The position numbers and the translations under genes were made by a program. Positions 1 through 6,220 of a stretch of 6,220 nucleotides of DNA are shown here, piece by piece (the stretch's first letter is position 1; every line of letters begins with the position of its first letter). This DNA is from a virus (Duplodnaviria > Heunggongvirae > Uroviricota > Caudoviricetes): the IMG/VR virus record IMGVR_UViG_2537562091_000003; one strand, 5' to 3'. Under the pieces are notes generated by a model. It searched no databases and was not told the origin of the DNA. It worked only from the letters and a program-made list of their open reading frames with translations.

Positions 1-2
1 GT

Positions 3-449
3 ACAGATGAAGGCTGGCTGTATCTGGCAGTGGTCATTGACCTGTGGTCACGTGCCGTTATTGGCTGGTCAATGTCGCCACGCATGACGGCGCAACTGGC
101 CTGCGATGCCCTGCAGATGGCGCTGTGGCGGCGTAAGAGGCCCCGGAACGTTATCGTTCACACGGACCGTGGAGGCCAGTACTGTTCAGCAGATTATCAG
201 GCGCAACTGAAGCGGCATAATCTGCGTGGAAGTATGAGCGCAAAAGGTTGCTGCTACGATAATGCCTGCGTGGAAAGCTTCTTTCATTCGCTGAAAGTGG
301 AATGTATCCATGGAGAACACTTTATCAGCCGGGAAATAATGCGGGCAACGGTGTTTAATTATATCGAATGTGATTACAATCGGTGGCGGCGGCACAGTTG
401 GTGTGGCGGCCTCAGTCCGGAACAATTTGAAAACCAGAACCTCGCTTAG
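3..449 (+). CDS. insF: IS3-family transposase OrfB (DDE integrase catalytic region), C-terminal part; 5' end lies outside the window
   Basis: Frame-3 translation is open from base 3 ([24 protein letters not shown]...[14 protein letters not shown]...[15 protein letters not shown]...[14 protein letters not shown]) to TAG 447-449. It contains the second D and the E of the DDE motif in the contexts typical of IS3 OrfB. The M at 30 in the ORF track is an internal GTG (Val), not the true start. Confidence 0.88.
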   Translation, partial: TDEGWLYLAVVIDLWSRAVIGWSMSPRMTAQLACDALQMALWRRKRPRNVIVHTDRGGQYCSADYQAQLKRHNLRGSMSAKGCCYDNACVESFFHSLKVECIHGEHFISREIMRATVFNYIECDYNRWRRHSWCGGLSPEQFENQNLA

Positions 450-479
450 GCCTGTGTCCATATTACGTGGGTAGGATCA
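441..479. repeat. IS3 right terminal inverted repeat (IRR)
   Basis: Terminal about 39 bp ends in ...gtaggatca at 479, i.e. the TGATC... terminus of IS3 in reverse complement. The exact inner limit of the IR is approximate. Confidence 0.6.
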
Positions 480-602
480 ATTCACCTAAATACGAGGCAT
501 TGCTGTAGTTGAATTGCATTGCTGTATTAGCCTGACAGTGACAGAATACGATATTGACTCTGTCACTTGTGAAATGGTCAGAATGGTTAGCAGTTATGGT
601 GA

Positions 603-809
603 TCAGTCAACCACCAGGGAATAATCCTTCGTATTCTTATCGTGCTTTACTAACGCGGCCTCAATTGCCCTGAATGCTTCCAGAGACACTTGATGTTCTA
701 TACATGCAATTACAACATCCGGGTAACCCATCGAAATGGTGCTATTAAGCATAGTTTTTACACGAACCTGCTCCTGGGAGGGGGCATCAGTGTATTGATC
801 TTTATGCAT
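603..809 (-). CDS. hypothetical small protein (68 aa), function unknown
   Basis: ATG at 809-807 is preceded on the minus strand by GGAG with an 8-nt spacer (GGAGCGACAAAATG); stop TGA at 605-603. Not recognised by sequence. It sits where a prophage accessory gene would be expected, downstream of gnsB. An internal Met (MLNSTISM...) is an alternative shorter start. Confidence 0.45.
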   Translation of the reverse strand: MHKDQYTDAPSQEQVRVKTMLNSTISMGYPDVVIACIEHQVSLEAFRAIEAALVKHDKNTKDYSLVVD

Positions 810-1020
810 TTTGTCGCTCCATGCGTTTGCTCTTCACTTACGGCTAAAAATATAACGTCAAATCACTCAGCATGAAAGAGTGAAAGATTCAGCGCGTTTC
901 CCTTACATAATCTGTCGTTTGTATTCTCTTCAGGCATACCGGAAAGACTAGGTATTGTCACACAACCAATACCATCGACAATCGAGATTTATACCTATTC
1001 GGTAATGTTTAAATATAACA

Positions 1021-1043
1021 AAACCCCGTAAAAACGAGGTTTA
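1021..1043 (-). terminator. possible weak intrinsic terminator downstream of gnsB
   Basis: Minus strand reads AACCTCG-tttta-CGGGGTT followed by TT: a roughly 7-bp stem with one G-U pair and a short U tract, about 60 nt after the gnsB stop. Confidence 0.3.
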
Positions 1044-1104
1044 TGGGTAATTTGTATTGTTGAATAGCATCTGATGAGAAATTGATGCTAATACTATAAA
1101 CAGA

Positions 1105-1278
1105 CTAGATTAAATCAATCTTGATATCATAGCTTTCAAGACCAGTCATTTTTTCCCGTGCAGTAAACTGGATACTGGTAACTTCTTTCCCGGTCTTTTT
1201 CTTAAGCTCAATGATTTTTTTTGTTATATATTCAGAAATATCTGCTTCTGTTTTTGTTTTTAACTCTTCAATGTTCAT
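1105..1278 (-). CDS. gnsB: GnsA/GnsB-family small protein (57 aa)
   Basis: Translation MNIEELKTKTEADISEYITKKIIELKKKTGKEVTSIQFTAREKMTGLESYDIKIDLI matches the length and the conserved FTAREKMTGLESYD motif of GnsA/GnsB as recalled. SD AGAGGA sits 5 nt before the ATG at 1278 (the second of two adjacent ATGs). The track ORF extending to 1371 is an unsupported N-terminal extension. Gene order gnsB-ynfN-cspI matches the Qin prophage of E. coli K-12. Confidence 0.8.
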   Translation of the reverse strand: MNIEELKTKTEADISEYITKKIIELKKKTGKEVTSIQFTAREKMTGLESYDIKIDLI

Positions 1279-1450
1279 CATTTCCTCTTTTAGTCTGTTA
1301 TGACTTTCCTGGTACACAGTAGTGTCAATTATATGGAGCAAACGTATAAAAGATAAGATGAAACATCGCAATAATCAACATACGACGGTCTAAATTTCAC
1401 ACAAACAGATAAAGATGATTATCATTTATTATCAATGCATTAGAATCAAA

Positions 1451-1606
1451 TCAATTCAAGAGTCTCATTGCTGCTTCCAGAATTTCTTCTGAAGTTACAT
1501 GTCGATCCGCTGCTACATAAATGACTTTATGATCTCCGGTCAGAGATGGAAACCCTGCAGCCATTACAGTGAGGTGTGTTGTTTCGCCATTTGGATATTC
1601 ACGCAT
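1451..1606 (-). CDS. ynfN: YnfN-like small cold-shock-associated prophage protein (51 aa)
   Basis: 51-codon ORF MREYPNGETTHLTVMAAGFPSLTGDHKVIYVAADRHVTSEEILEAAMRLLN lying between gnsB and cspI, as ynfN does in Qin. Start chosen at the internal ATG 1606-1604; GGAG lies 11 nt upstream, which is suboptimal. Alternative starts at 1627 or 1642 would give 58 or 63 aa. Assignment is by size and position, not verbatim sequence recall. Confidence 0.55.
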   Translation of the reverse strand: MREYPNGETTHLTVMAAGFPSLTGDHKVIYVAADRHVTSEEILEAAMRLLN

Positions 1607-1722
1607 GATGGTGTTAACTCCGGTCATCACTGGCACTACCATTGCTGGTTCAGAGTTAAAAAAAACTATTATTTTTTCATAATGTTACCGTAATATGTGA
1701 GTATCCATCGACTAGACACTAA

Positions 1723-1746
1723 GCAAAAAAGCTCCCGAAGGAGCCT
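1723..1746 (-). terminator. intrinsic terminator downstream of cspI
   Basis: Minus strand: GCTCC-UUCG-GGAGC (GC-rich 5-bp stem with a UUCG tetraloop; + strand 1731-1744) followed immediately by UUUUUU (complement of the A run 1725-1730). About 200 nt downstream of the cspI stop. Confidence 0.45.
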
Positions 1747-1951
1747 TCATTTTCACTTTCTTAAATCTAACGACAGACGGCTAACATTTAAGTATTGTGA
1801 AATATTATCAAATGTAATCATCATTGATTTACAAAAGATACATTTTGCCCCGAAAGGATTCCTGTCAGAAACATCAAAAGATGATGTTCTATACTGAGAA
1901 CCATGGCAACACGGGCATCTAAAGTGAATATGGTTTGTAATATTTTCTACC

Positions 1952-2164
1952 TCAAAGTGCCACAACATGAACAGCCGCGGGGCCTTTAGGTCCGTTCTCA
2001 ATACCAAATTCGACTTCCTGATTCTCAGTTAACGTTTTGAAATCGTTGCTCTGAATAGCTGAGAAATGGACAAACACATCTTTGCTACCATCTTTCGGCG
2101 TGATGAAACCAAAACCTTTTTCAGGGTTAAACCATTTCACTAAACCAGTCATTTTGTTAGACAT
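1952..2164 (-). CDS. cspI: cold-shock protein, CspA family (CspI-like), 70 aa
   Basis: Translation [70 protein letters not shown] carries the RNP1 (KGFGFI) and RNP2 (VFVHF) motifs of the cold-shock domain and matches CspI as recalled. SD AAGG precedes tandem ATG ATG; the second ATG (2164) gives the canonical MSNKM N-terminus. Confidence 0.92.
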   Translation of the reverse strand: MSNKMTGLVKWFNPEKGFGFITPKDGSKDVFVHFSAIQSNDFKTLTENQEVEFGIENGPKGPAAVHVVAL

Positions 2165-2344
2165 CATTATTACCTTTTGAAGAAGTTAGCCCTTGGGCAG
2201 AATGGTCCGAAAAAAAATATCAGAGAGAAAAACCAACAAGGAAATCTCAAGAGGTACAAATAATAAAATTATAACAATGACTGCTTCAGATAATTTTGTA
2301 ACAAACCAGAACACCATTAACGCATGATTAACCAACCATAGCAA
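2165..2344 (-). promoter_or_regulatory. cspI promoter and long 5' untranslated leader (cspA-type)
   Basis: Minus strand has -35 TTGCTA (+ coords 2344-2339), a 17-bp spacer and -10 GTTAAT (2321-2316), in an arrangement resembling the cspA promoter (TTGCAT-17-CTTAAT). The predicted leader is about 145 nt. Just upstream of the SD the leader contains GCCCAAGGGC...AAAGGTAATA, parallel to cspA GCCGAAAGGC...AAAGGTAATA. An AT-rich UP-like region lies upstream (2345-2460). Confidence 0.5.
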
Positions 2345-2527
2345 GGATTACTTTTGTAAAGAAAAACACACGAATGAAACAATAGCTTTATTTATTAATA
2401 AAACGTGTCATTCTGTCTAATGACCTTTTATCTTACCCTTAAAATTTCAAGGATTTTGACTCATGGAAGAGTCCTTTTTATTTAAATTTCACATTCAGCG
2501 CTAAAAATAATCCGATTTAATATTAAT

Positions 2528-3555
<1,028 letters not shown>

Positions 3556-3668
3556 GGATATTTATCAGGATTTATCGGCTTCAAATCCCCGGATATGTTA
3601 AATCTTACCTCATCAGTGATGGGCACTGGCGGGAGGAGGATGTCAATCTGATAAACACAGAGGCGACT

Positions 3669-3929
3669 ATGGATTACACAAATCTACCAAAACAAACTTT
3701 TGCTGATTTAATCGCACTCAGGCAAGCAGTCGTAGCTCTAATCAACTTGTTGCCGGAGAAGGAAAAGGAATTAGTTAAAGCGCTTCTTAACAGAACTGCC
3801 GCCGATTTTTCATCATATCCACTGACAGATGACCTTGCGGACCTTCCTGAATTAATTGCAGCGTCCGCCAATAAGCTTACTGAAGAGATTTACCCTCCTC
3901 AAAAATCTTCACAAAATTCCTGCGAGTAA
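3669..3929 (+). CDS. hypothetical acidic small protein (86 aa), convergent to the lysis operon
   Basis: ATG 3669 is preceded by AGAGG with a 5-nt spacer. The product (MDYTNLPKQTFADLIALRQAVVALINLLPEKEKELVKALLNRTAADF...) looks like a real helical protein, not low-complexity. It occupies an otherwise unexplained 321-bp gap between the 183-aa gene and the lysozyme. Its 3' end overlaps the 3' end of the 183-aa gene by 53 bp. The competing minus-strand ORF 3674-3871 is Ser/Ala/Arg-rich and looks like an antisense artefact. Confidence 0.4.
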   Translation: MDYTNLPKQTFADLIALRQAVVALINLLPEKEKELVKALLNRTAADFSSYPLTDDLADLPELIAASANKLTEEIYPPQKSSQNSCE

Positions 3930-4428
3930 CTTCAATGCAATAATCGTAAAACGCCGCAAACTGCTCATCGCGGCGTTTTTTTTCATCTTCAGAAGGAATC
4001 AGCACCGACAATTTTTTATTCAGATCAGCGACGCTGCCCTCCAGTTTTTCAATGGGCGATTCAATATCATCTTTTTCTGACCGCAATGCCGTCGGTGGCG
4101 TCTTCAGAGAACCAGTAATTCTTCCCGGTAGCTTTCCTTTGTAGGTTATCCACACATTCTGCGCCTCTAAAATTATGGGGCGCTTTTCCGGCGACTGCTC
4201 ATCCCCTTCACATAACCCGGCAGCAACATCCAGGAAGACCTGTCTGATGCTCCTTCTGGCTGCTGCCTCATAAAACTCCAGCGCAGCTCCTTCAACACGG
4301 TCCATGGCGACATCCAGGCCAAAAATTTCACCGTCAAAGCGTTCTTTGTCCTGTAAGGCTACAGTTACCGTAACTTTATTCTCAAAATTACGGACTCCTT
4401 TCACAACCAGTTCATAGTCTTGAGTCAT
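3877..4428 (-). CDS. uncharacterised phage protein (183 aa) in the holin-endolysin slot; possibly a DUF1327/YdfR-type protein
   Basis: ATG 4428 lies 4 nt after the holin stop, with GAGGAGAG overlapping the end of the holin gene, indicating translational coupling. No transmembrane segment or catalytic motif was recognised. In Qin of E. coli K-12 the gene between essQ and rrrQ is ydfR; the family assignment is by position and vague recall only. Confidence 0.8.
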   Translation of the reverse strand: MTQDYELVVKGVRNFENKVTVTVALQDKERFDGEIFGLDVAMDRVEGAALEFYEAAARRSIRQVFLDVAAGLCEGDEQSPEKRPIILEAQNVWITYKGKLPGRITGSLKTPPTALRSEKDDIESPIEKLEGSVADLNKKLSVLIPSEDEKKRRDEQFAAFYDYCIEVTRRNFVKIFEEGKSLQ

Positions 4429-4432
4429 TGGA

Positions 4433-4648
4433 TTACTCTCCTCTCGCAGCCTTACGCCTGTCTTCTTTAATCTTGAAATAAAGATTTGTCAGATACGTCA
4501 GCATGCCAAATACCAGACTACCCAATACACCTATTGCCGCCCACTGTGAGGGCGTGACTTTATCGAGCAACTGTAAAAACCAGTAGCCAGCACTGCCTGC
4601 AGAGGTGCTGTAGGCGATGCCCGTTGTTAACTTATCCATGGATTTCAT
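4433..4648 (-). CDS. class II holin, phage 21 S-type pinholin with dual-start motif (71/68 aa)
   Basis: Translation [71 protein letters not shown] is near-identical to phage 21 S (S21-71) as recalled. Two in-frame ATGs (M1 and M4: MKSM) form the antiholin/holin dual-start. SD GGAGGTGAGG lies upstream. The track ORF extending to 4732 is an unsupported N-terminal extension. Confidence 0.92.
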   Translation of the reverse strand: MKSMDKLTTGIAYSTSAGSAGYWFLQLLDKVTPSQWAAIGVLGSLVFGMLTYLTNLYFKIKEDRRKAARGE

Positions 4649-4738
4649 AGCCTCACCTCCGCAGATAACGGATGGTGTACACGGTTTGGTTCGAAGAAGG
4701 AAAGAAGTTACATTAGCGTAAGGCCCGAACATCTATTC

Positions 4739-4770
4739 AAAAAGAAAAACGCCAGCAATTATTCTGGCGT
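4739..4770 (-). terminator. rho-independent terminator downstream of the AraC-family gene
   Basis: Minus strand: ACGCCAG-(8-nt loop)-CTGGCGT, a perfect 7-bp GC-rich stem, followed directly by TTTTCTTTTT. Located about 70 nt after the regulator's stop and about 90 nt upstream of the holin start. Confidence 0.65.
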
Positions 4771-4838
4771 AGCTAAAAATATCGTATAATCTTACACTTC
4801 AAAAAATAACTTTATAAAATGCCATCACATCATATCTT

Positions 4839-5552
4839 CTAAGAAAATCTTGATAAATATTGGTGCGGAGGCACACCAAAATATCCTCTAAAAACACTTA
4901 CAAAATATGATGCATTGTCATACCCGCATATTCCCGCCACCTTGCCGACAGTATGGTTACTGTAGATCAATAATCTTTGCGCCATCATCATTCGTTCTTC
5001 AAGAATTAATTTACTAAACGATAACCCTTCGTCTTTTAATTTTCTTTTTAACAAACTCTCGCTCATATATAATCTTGAAGATATATCACAAAGTCTCCAT
5101 GACGCTGAGATATCCGAGTGAATAATAGCCTTAACTTTACAACCTAAGCTATTAAGACTTCCGAACAAAAAACTTTGCACTATTTTCTCTGAAGATAAGA
5201 CAGCAAGACATGCAAGTGATATTTGATTTCTAACTACATCCACGGTTTTGCTATCACAATTCAAGCATGCAACCAAGTTCTTTAACAATGAAAAATCTTC
5301 ACATTCTACTATCAAGTATGACGGATAAAACCTTCTTACAGAAAAAGGTGAGAGTGTGTAGTTTTTAAAGAAATCATTAACTGTTTTCTCCTCAACATCT
5401 ACGATCATTAGATGATCTGTATTTGACGAAAAAAGATCTTTTAAATTGTATTCAATGAGGACAGCATTTCCTTTTTTAAACAAAATATCTTCTTTACCAA
5501 TTCGGACACCAAACGAGTTCAACACCAAAATGATAGAACATATGTATGGCAT
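4839..5552 (-). CDS. AraC/XylS-family transcriptional regulator (AppY/EnvY/Rns-like), AT-rich moron
   Basis: C-terminal 100 aa carry the family's double helix-turn-helix signature (WRLCDISSRLYMSESLLKRKLKDEGLSFSKLILEERMMMAQRLL...GICGYDNASYFVSVFRGYFGVPPHQY), aligning by eye with AppY/EnvY. The gene is markedly more AT-rich than the flanking lysis genes. Preferred start is ATG 5552 with SD AGGTGG 5 nt upstream; the track's start at 5561 is a GTG placed too close to that SD. Confidence 0.85.
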   Translation of the reverse strand: MPYICSIILVLNSFGVRIGKEDILFKKGNAVLIEYNLKDLFSSNTDHLMIVDVEEKTVNDFFKNYTLSPFSVRRFYPSYLIVECEDFSLLKNLVACLNCDSKTVDVVRNQISLACLAVLSSEKIVQSFLFGSLNSLGCKVKAIIHSDISASWRLCDISSRLYMSESLLKRKLKDEGLSFSKLILEERMMMAQRLLIYSNHTVGKVAGICGYDNASYFVSVFRGYFGVPPHQYLSRFS

Positions 5553-5732
5553 ATTATCCACCTGATATCATTGGGGTTACACCAGGTAAGTATAGGTGGA
5601 AAATCAATATTCGCCAGTTCAACAATAAGGAAAATCTCATTGCATCACAACTATAAAACCATGTGTTTAACTCACAAAAAACAAATCATTAAACTAATCT
5701 GTTATATTATAATAGCTGCGTGCAATAATAAT

Positions 5733-5760
5733 ATTATATGCTCTTAATATTCACTTGAAA
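5733..5760 (-). promoter_or_regulatory. candidate sigma70 promoter for the AraC-family gene, abutting the IS1 terminus
   Basis: Minus strand has a perfect -10 TATAAT (+ coords 5738-5733) with a weak -35 TTTCAA (5760-5755, 16-bp spacer) only 6 bp from the IS1 end. The region is very AT-rich, so several alternative -10-like hexamers exist, e.g. TATTATAAT about 25 bp downstream. Confidence 0.3.
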
Positions 5761-5765
5761 TATCG

Positions 5766-6220
5766 GTAATGACTCCAACTTATTGATAGTGTTTTATGTT
5801 CAGATAATGCCCGATGACTTTGTCATGCAGCTCCACCGATTTTGAGAACGACAGCGACTTCCGTCCCAGCCGTGCCAGGTGCTGCCTCAGATTCAGGTTA
5901 TGCCGCTCAATTCGCTGCGTATATCGCTTGCTGATTACGTGCAGCTTTCCCTTCAGGCGGGATTCATACAGCGGCCAGCCATCCGTCATCCATATCACCA
6001 CGTCAAAGGGTGACAGCAGGCTCATAAGACGCCCCAGCGTCGCCATAGTGCGTTCACCGAATACGTGCGCAACAACCGTCTTCCGTAGCCTGTCATACGC
6101 GTAAAACAGCCAGCGCTGGCGCGATTTAGCCCCGACATAGCCCCACTGTTCGTCCATTTCCGCGCAGACGATGACGTCACTGCCCGGCTGTATGCGCGAG
6201 GTTACCGACTGCGGCCTGAG
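5766..6220 (-). mobile_element. IS1 insertion sequence, insB-proximal end with terminal inverted repeat; element continues beyond the window end
   Basis: 5766-5788 ggtaatgactccaacttattgat is the IS1 terminal inverted repeat; the InsB reading frame follows on the minus strand and is still open at 6220. The A6C frameshift site and insA would lie just outside the window. Confidence 0.92.
5780..6220 (-). CDS. insB: IS1 transposase InsB reading frame (part of the InsAB' fusion transposase), 5' partial
   Basis: Minus-strand frame reads [146 protein letters not shown], recognised as IS1 InsB. Stop TAA at 5782-5780; the frame is open to the window edge. Confidence 0.92.
   Translation of the reverse strand, partial: LRPQSVTSRIQPGSDVIVCAEMDEQWGYVGAKSRQRWLFYAYDRLRKTVVAHVFGERTMATLGRLMSLLSPFDVVIWMTDGWPLYESRLKGKLHVISKRYTQRIERHNLNLRQHLARLGRKSLSFSKSVELHDKVIGHYLNIKHYQ

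Larger units (their letters stand above)
1..479 (+). mobile_element. IS3 insertion sequence, right-hand (3') portion; element continues upstream of the window
   Basis: OrfB transposase reading frame runs from the window edge to a stop at 447-449, followed 30 bp later by the element end. Sequence 450-479 (gcctgtgtccatattacgtgggtaggatca) is the reverse complement of the IS3 terminal repeat TGATCCTACCCACGTAATATGGACACAGGC, recalled from memory. Sequence character changes abruptly after 479. Confidence 0.85.

Noticed and set aside
186-461. 91-aa ORF on the minus strand
   Set aside because: Lies entirely antisense to the well-supported IS3 transposase frame; proline/low-complexity composition typical of an antisense artefact.
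690-875. 61-aa ORF on the + strand
   Set aside because: Overlaps the 68-aa minus-strand ORF and its SD region in antisense; no SD; hydrophobic low-complexity translation.
1279-1371. N-terminal extension of the gnsB-like ORF (track start at 1371)
   Set aside because: GnsA/GnsB family proteins are about 57 aa; the SD is positioned for the internal ATG at 1278, not for the upstream start.
1499-1693. 64-aa ORF on the + strand
   Set aside because: Antisense to the ynfN-like gene; Cys/Trp/His-rich translation, no SD.
1697-2007. ORFs 1697-1897 (+) and 1753-2007 (-) in the region downstream of cspI
   Set aside because: They overlap each other and the cspI terminator and 3' end; no SD; the region is AT-rich intergenic DNA where random ORFs are expected.
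2345-2420. Search for a canonical cspA cold-box (TGACGTACAGA) in the cspI leader
   Set aside because: Only loose resemblance found (TTGTTACAAAA after the -10; TGACACG further upstream), so no cold-box feature is called.
3674-3871. 65-aa minus-strand ORF in the gap between the 183-aa gene and the lysozyme
   Set aside because: Ser/Ala/Arg-rich with no SD; the opposite-strand 86-aa ORF has the better start context and composition. This remains ambiguous without comparative data.
3856-4080. 74-aa + strand ORF
   Set aside because: Antisense to the 183-aa gene; Phe/Ile/Arg-rich low-complexity translation.
4683-4695. GGTTCGAAG motif reminiscent of a tRNA T-loop
   Set aside because: No flanking acceptor or anticodon stem complementarity; lies in the holin upstream region. 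Not a tRNA.
4649-4732. N-terminal extension of the holin ORF (track start at 4732)
   Set aside because: S21-type holins are 71/68 aa with the MKSM dual start; the strong SD GGAGGTGAGG precedes the ATG at 4648, and the extension would add a non-hydrophobic 28-aa leader.
5814-6104. 96-aa + strand ORF
   Set aside because: Antisense to IS1 insB; Arg/Ser/Cys-rich artefact.

Overview
This window reads as a fragment of an E. coli/Shigella-type lambdoid (Qin-like) cryptic prophage bracketed by two different insertion sequences. All calls are from reading the sequence and from memory of protein families; no searches were run and coordinates were derived by hand. From left to right: (1) the 3' end of an IS3 element on the + strand (1-479), with the OrfB transposase C-terminus and terminal inverted repeat. 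(2) A run of small minus-strand genes: an unknown 68-aa ORF, a GnsB-like 57-aa protein, a YnfN-like 51-aa protein and the cold-shock protein CspI with its long 5' leader and a cspA-like promoter. (3) A complete phage-21-type lysis cassette on the minus strand: dual-start S21-like pinholin, a translationally coupled 183-aa protein of unknown function, a signal-anchor-release (SAR)-type lysozyme, and Rz with embedded Rz1. A 321-bp gap inside this cassette holds a convergent 86-aa ORF on the + strand. (4) A strongly AT-rich AraC/XylS-family regulator gene (AppY/EnvY-like moron) with its own intrinsic terminator, sitting upstream of the holin. (5) The terminus and InsB reading frame of an IS1 element on the minus strand (5766 to the window end), inserted about 210 bp upstream of the AraC-like gene. 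No tRNA, rRNA or CRISPR array was seen. The most interesting unexplained content is the uncharacterised gene pair inside the lysis operon (183-aa protein plus convergent 86-aa ORF) and the IS1-adjacent AT-rich regulator moron.
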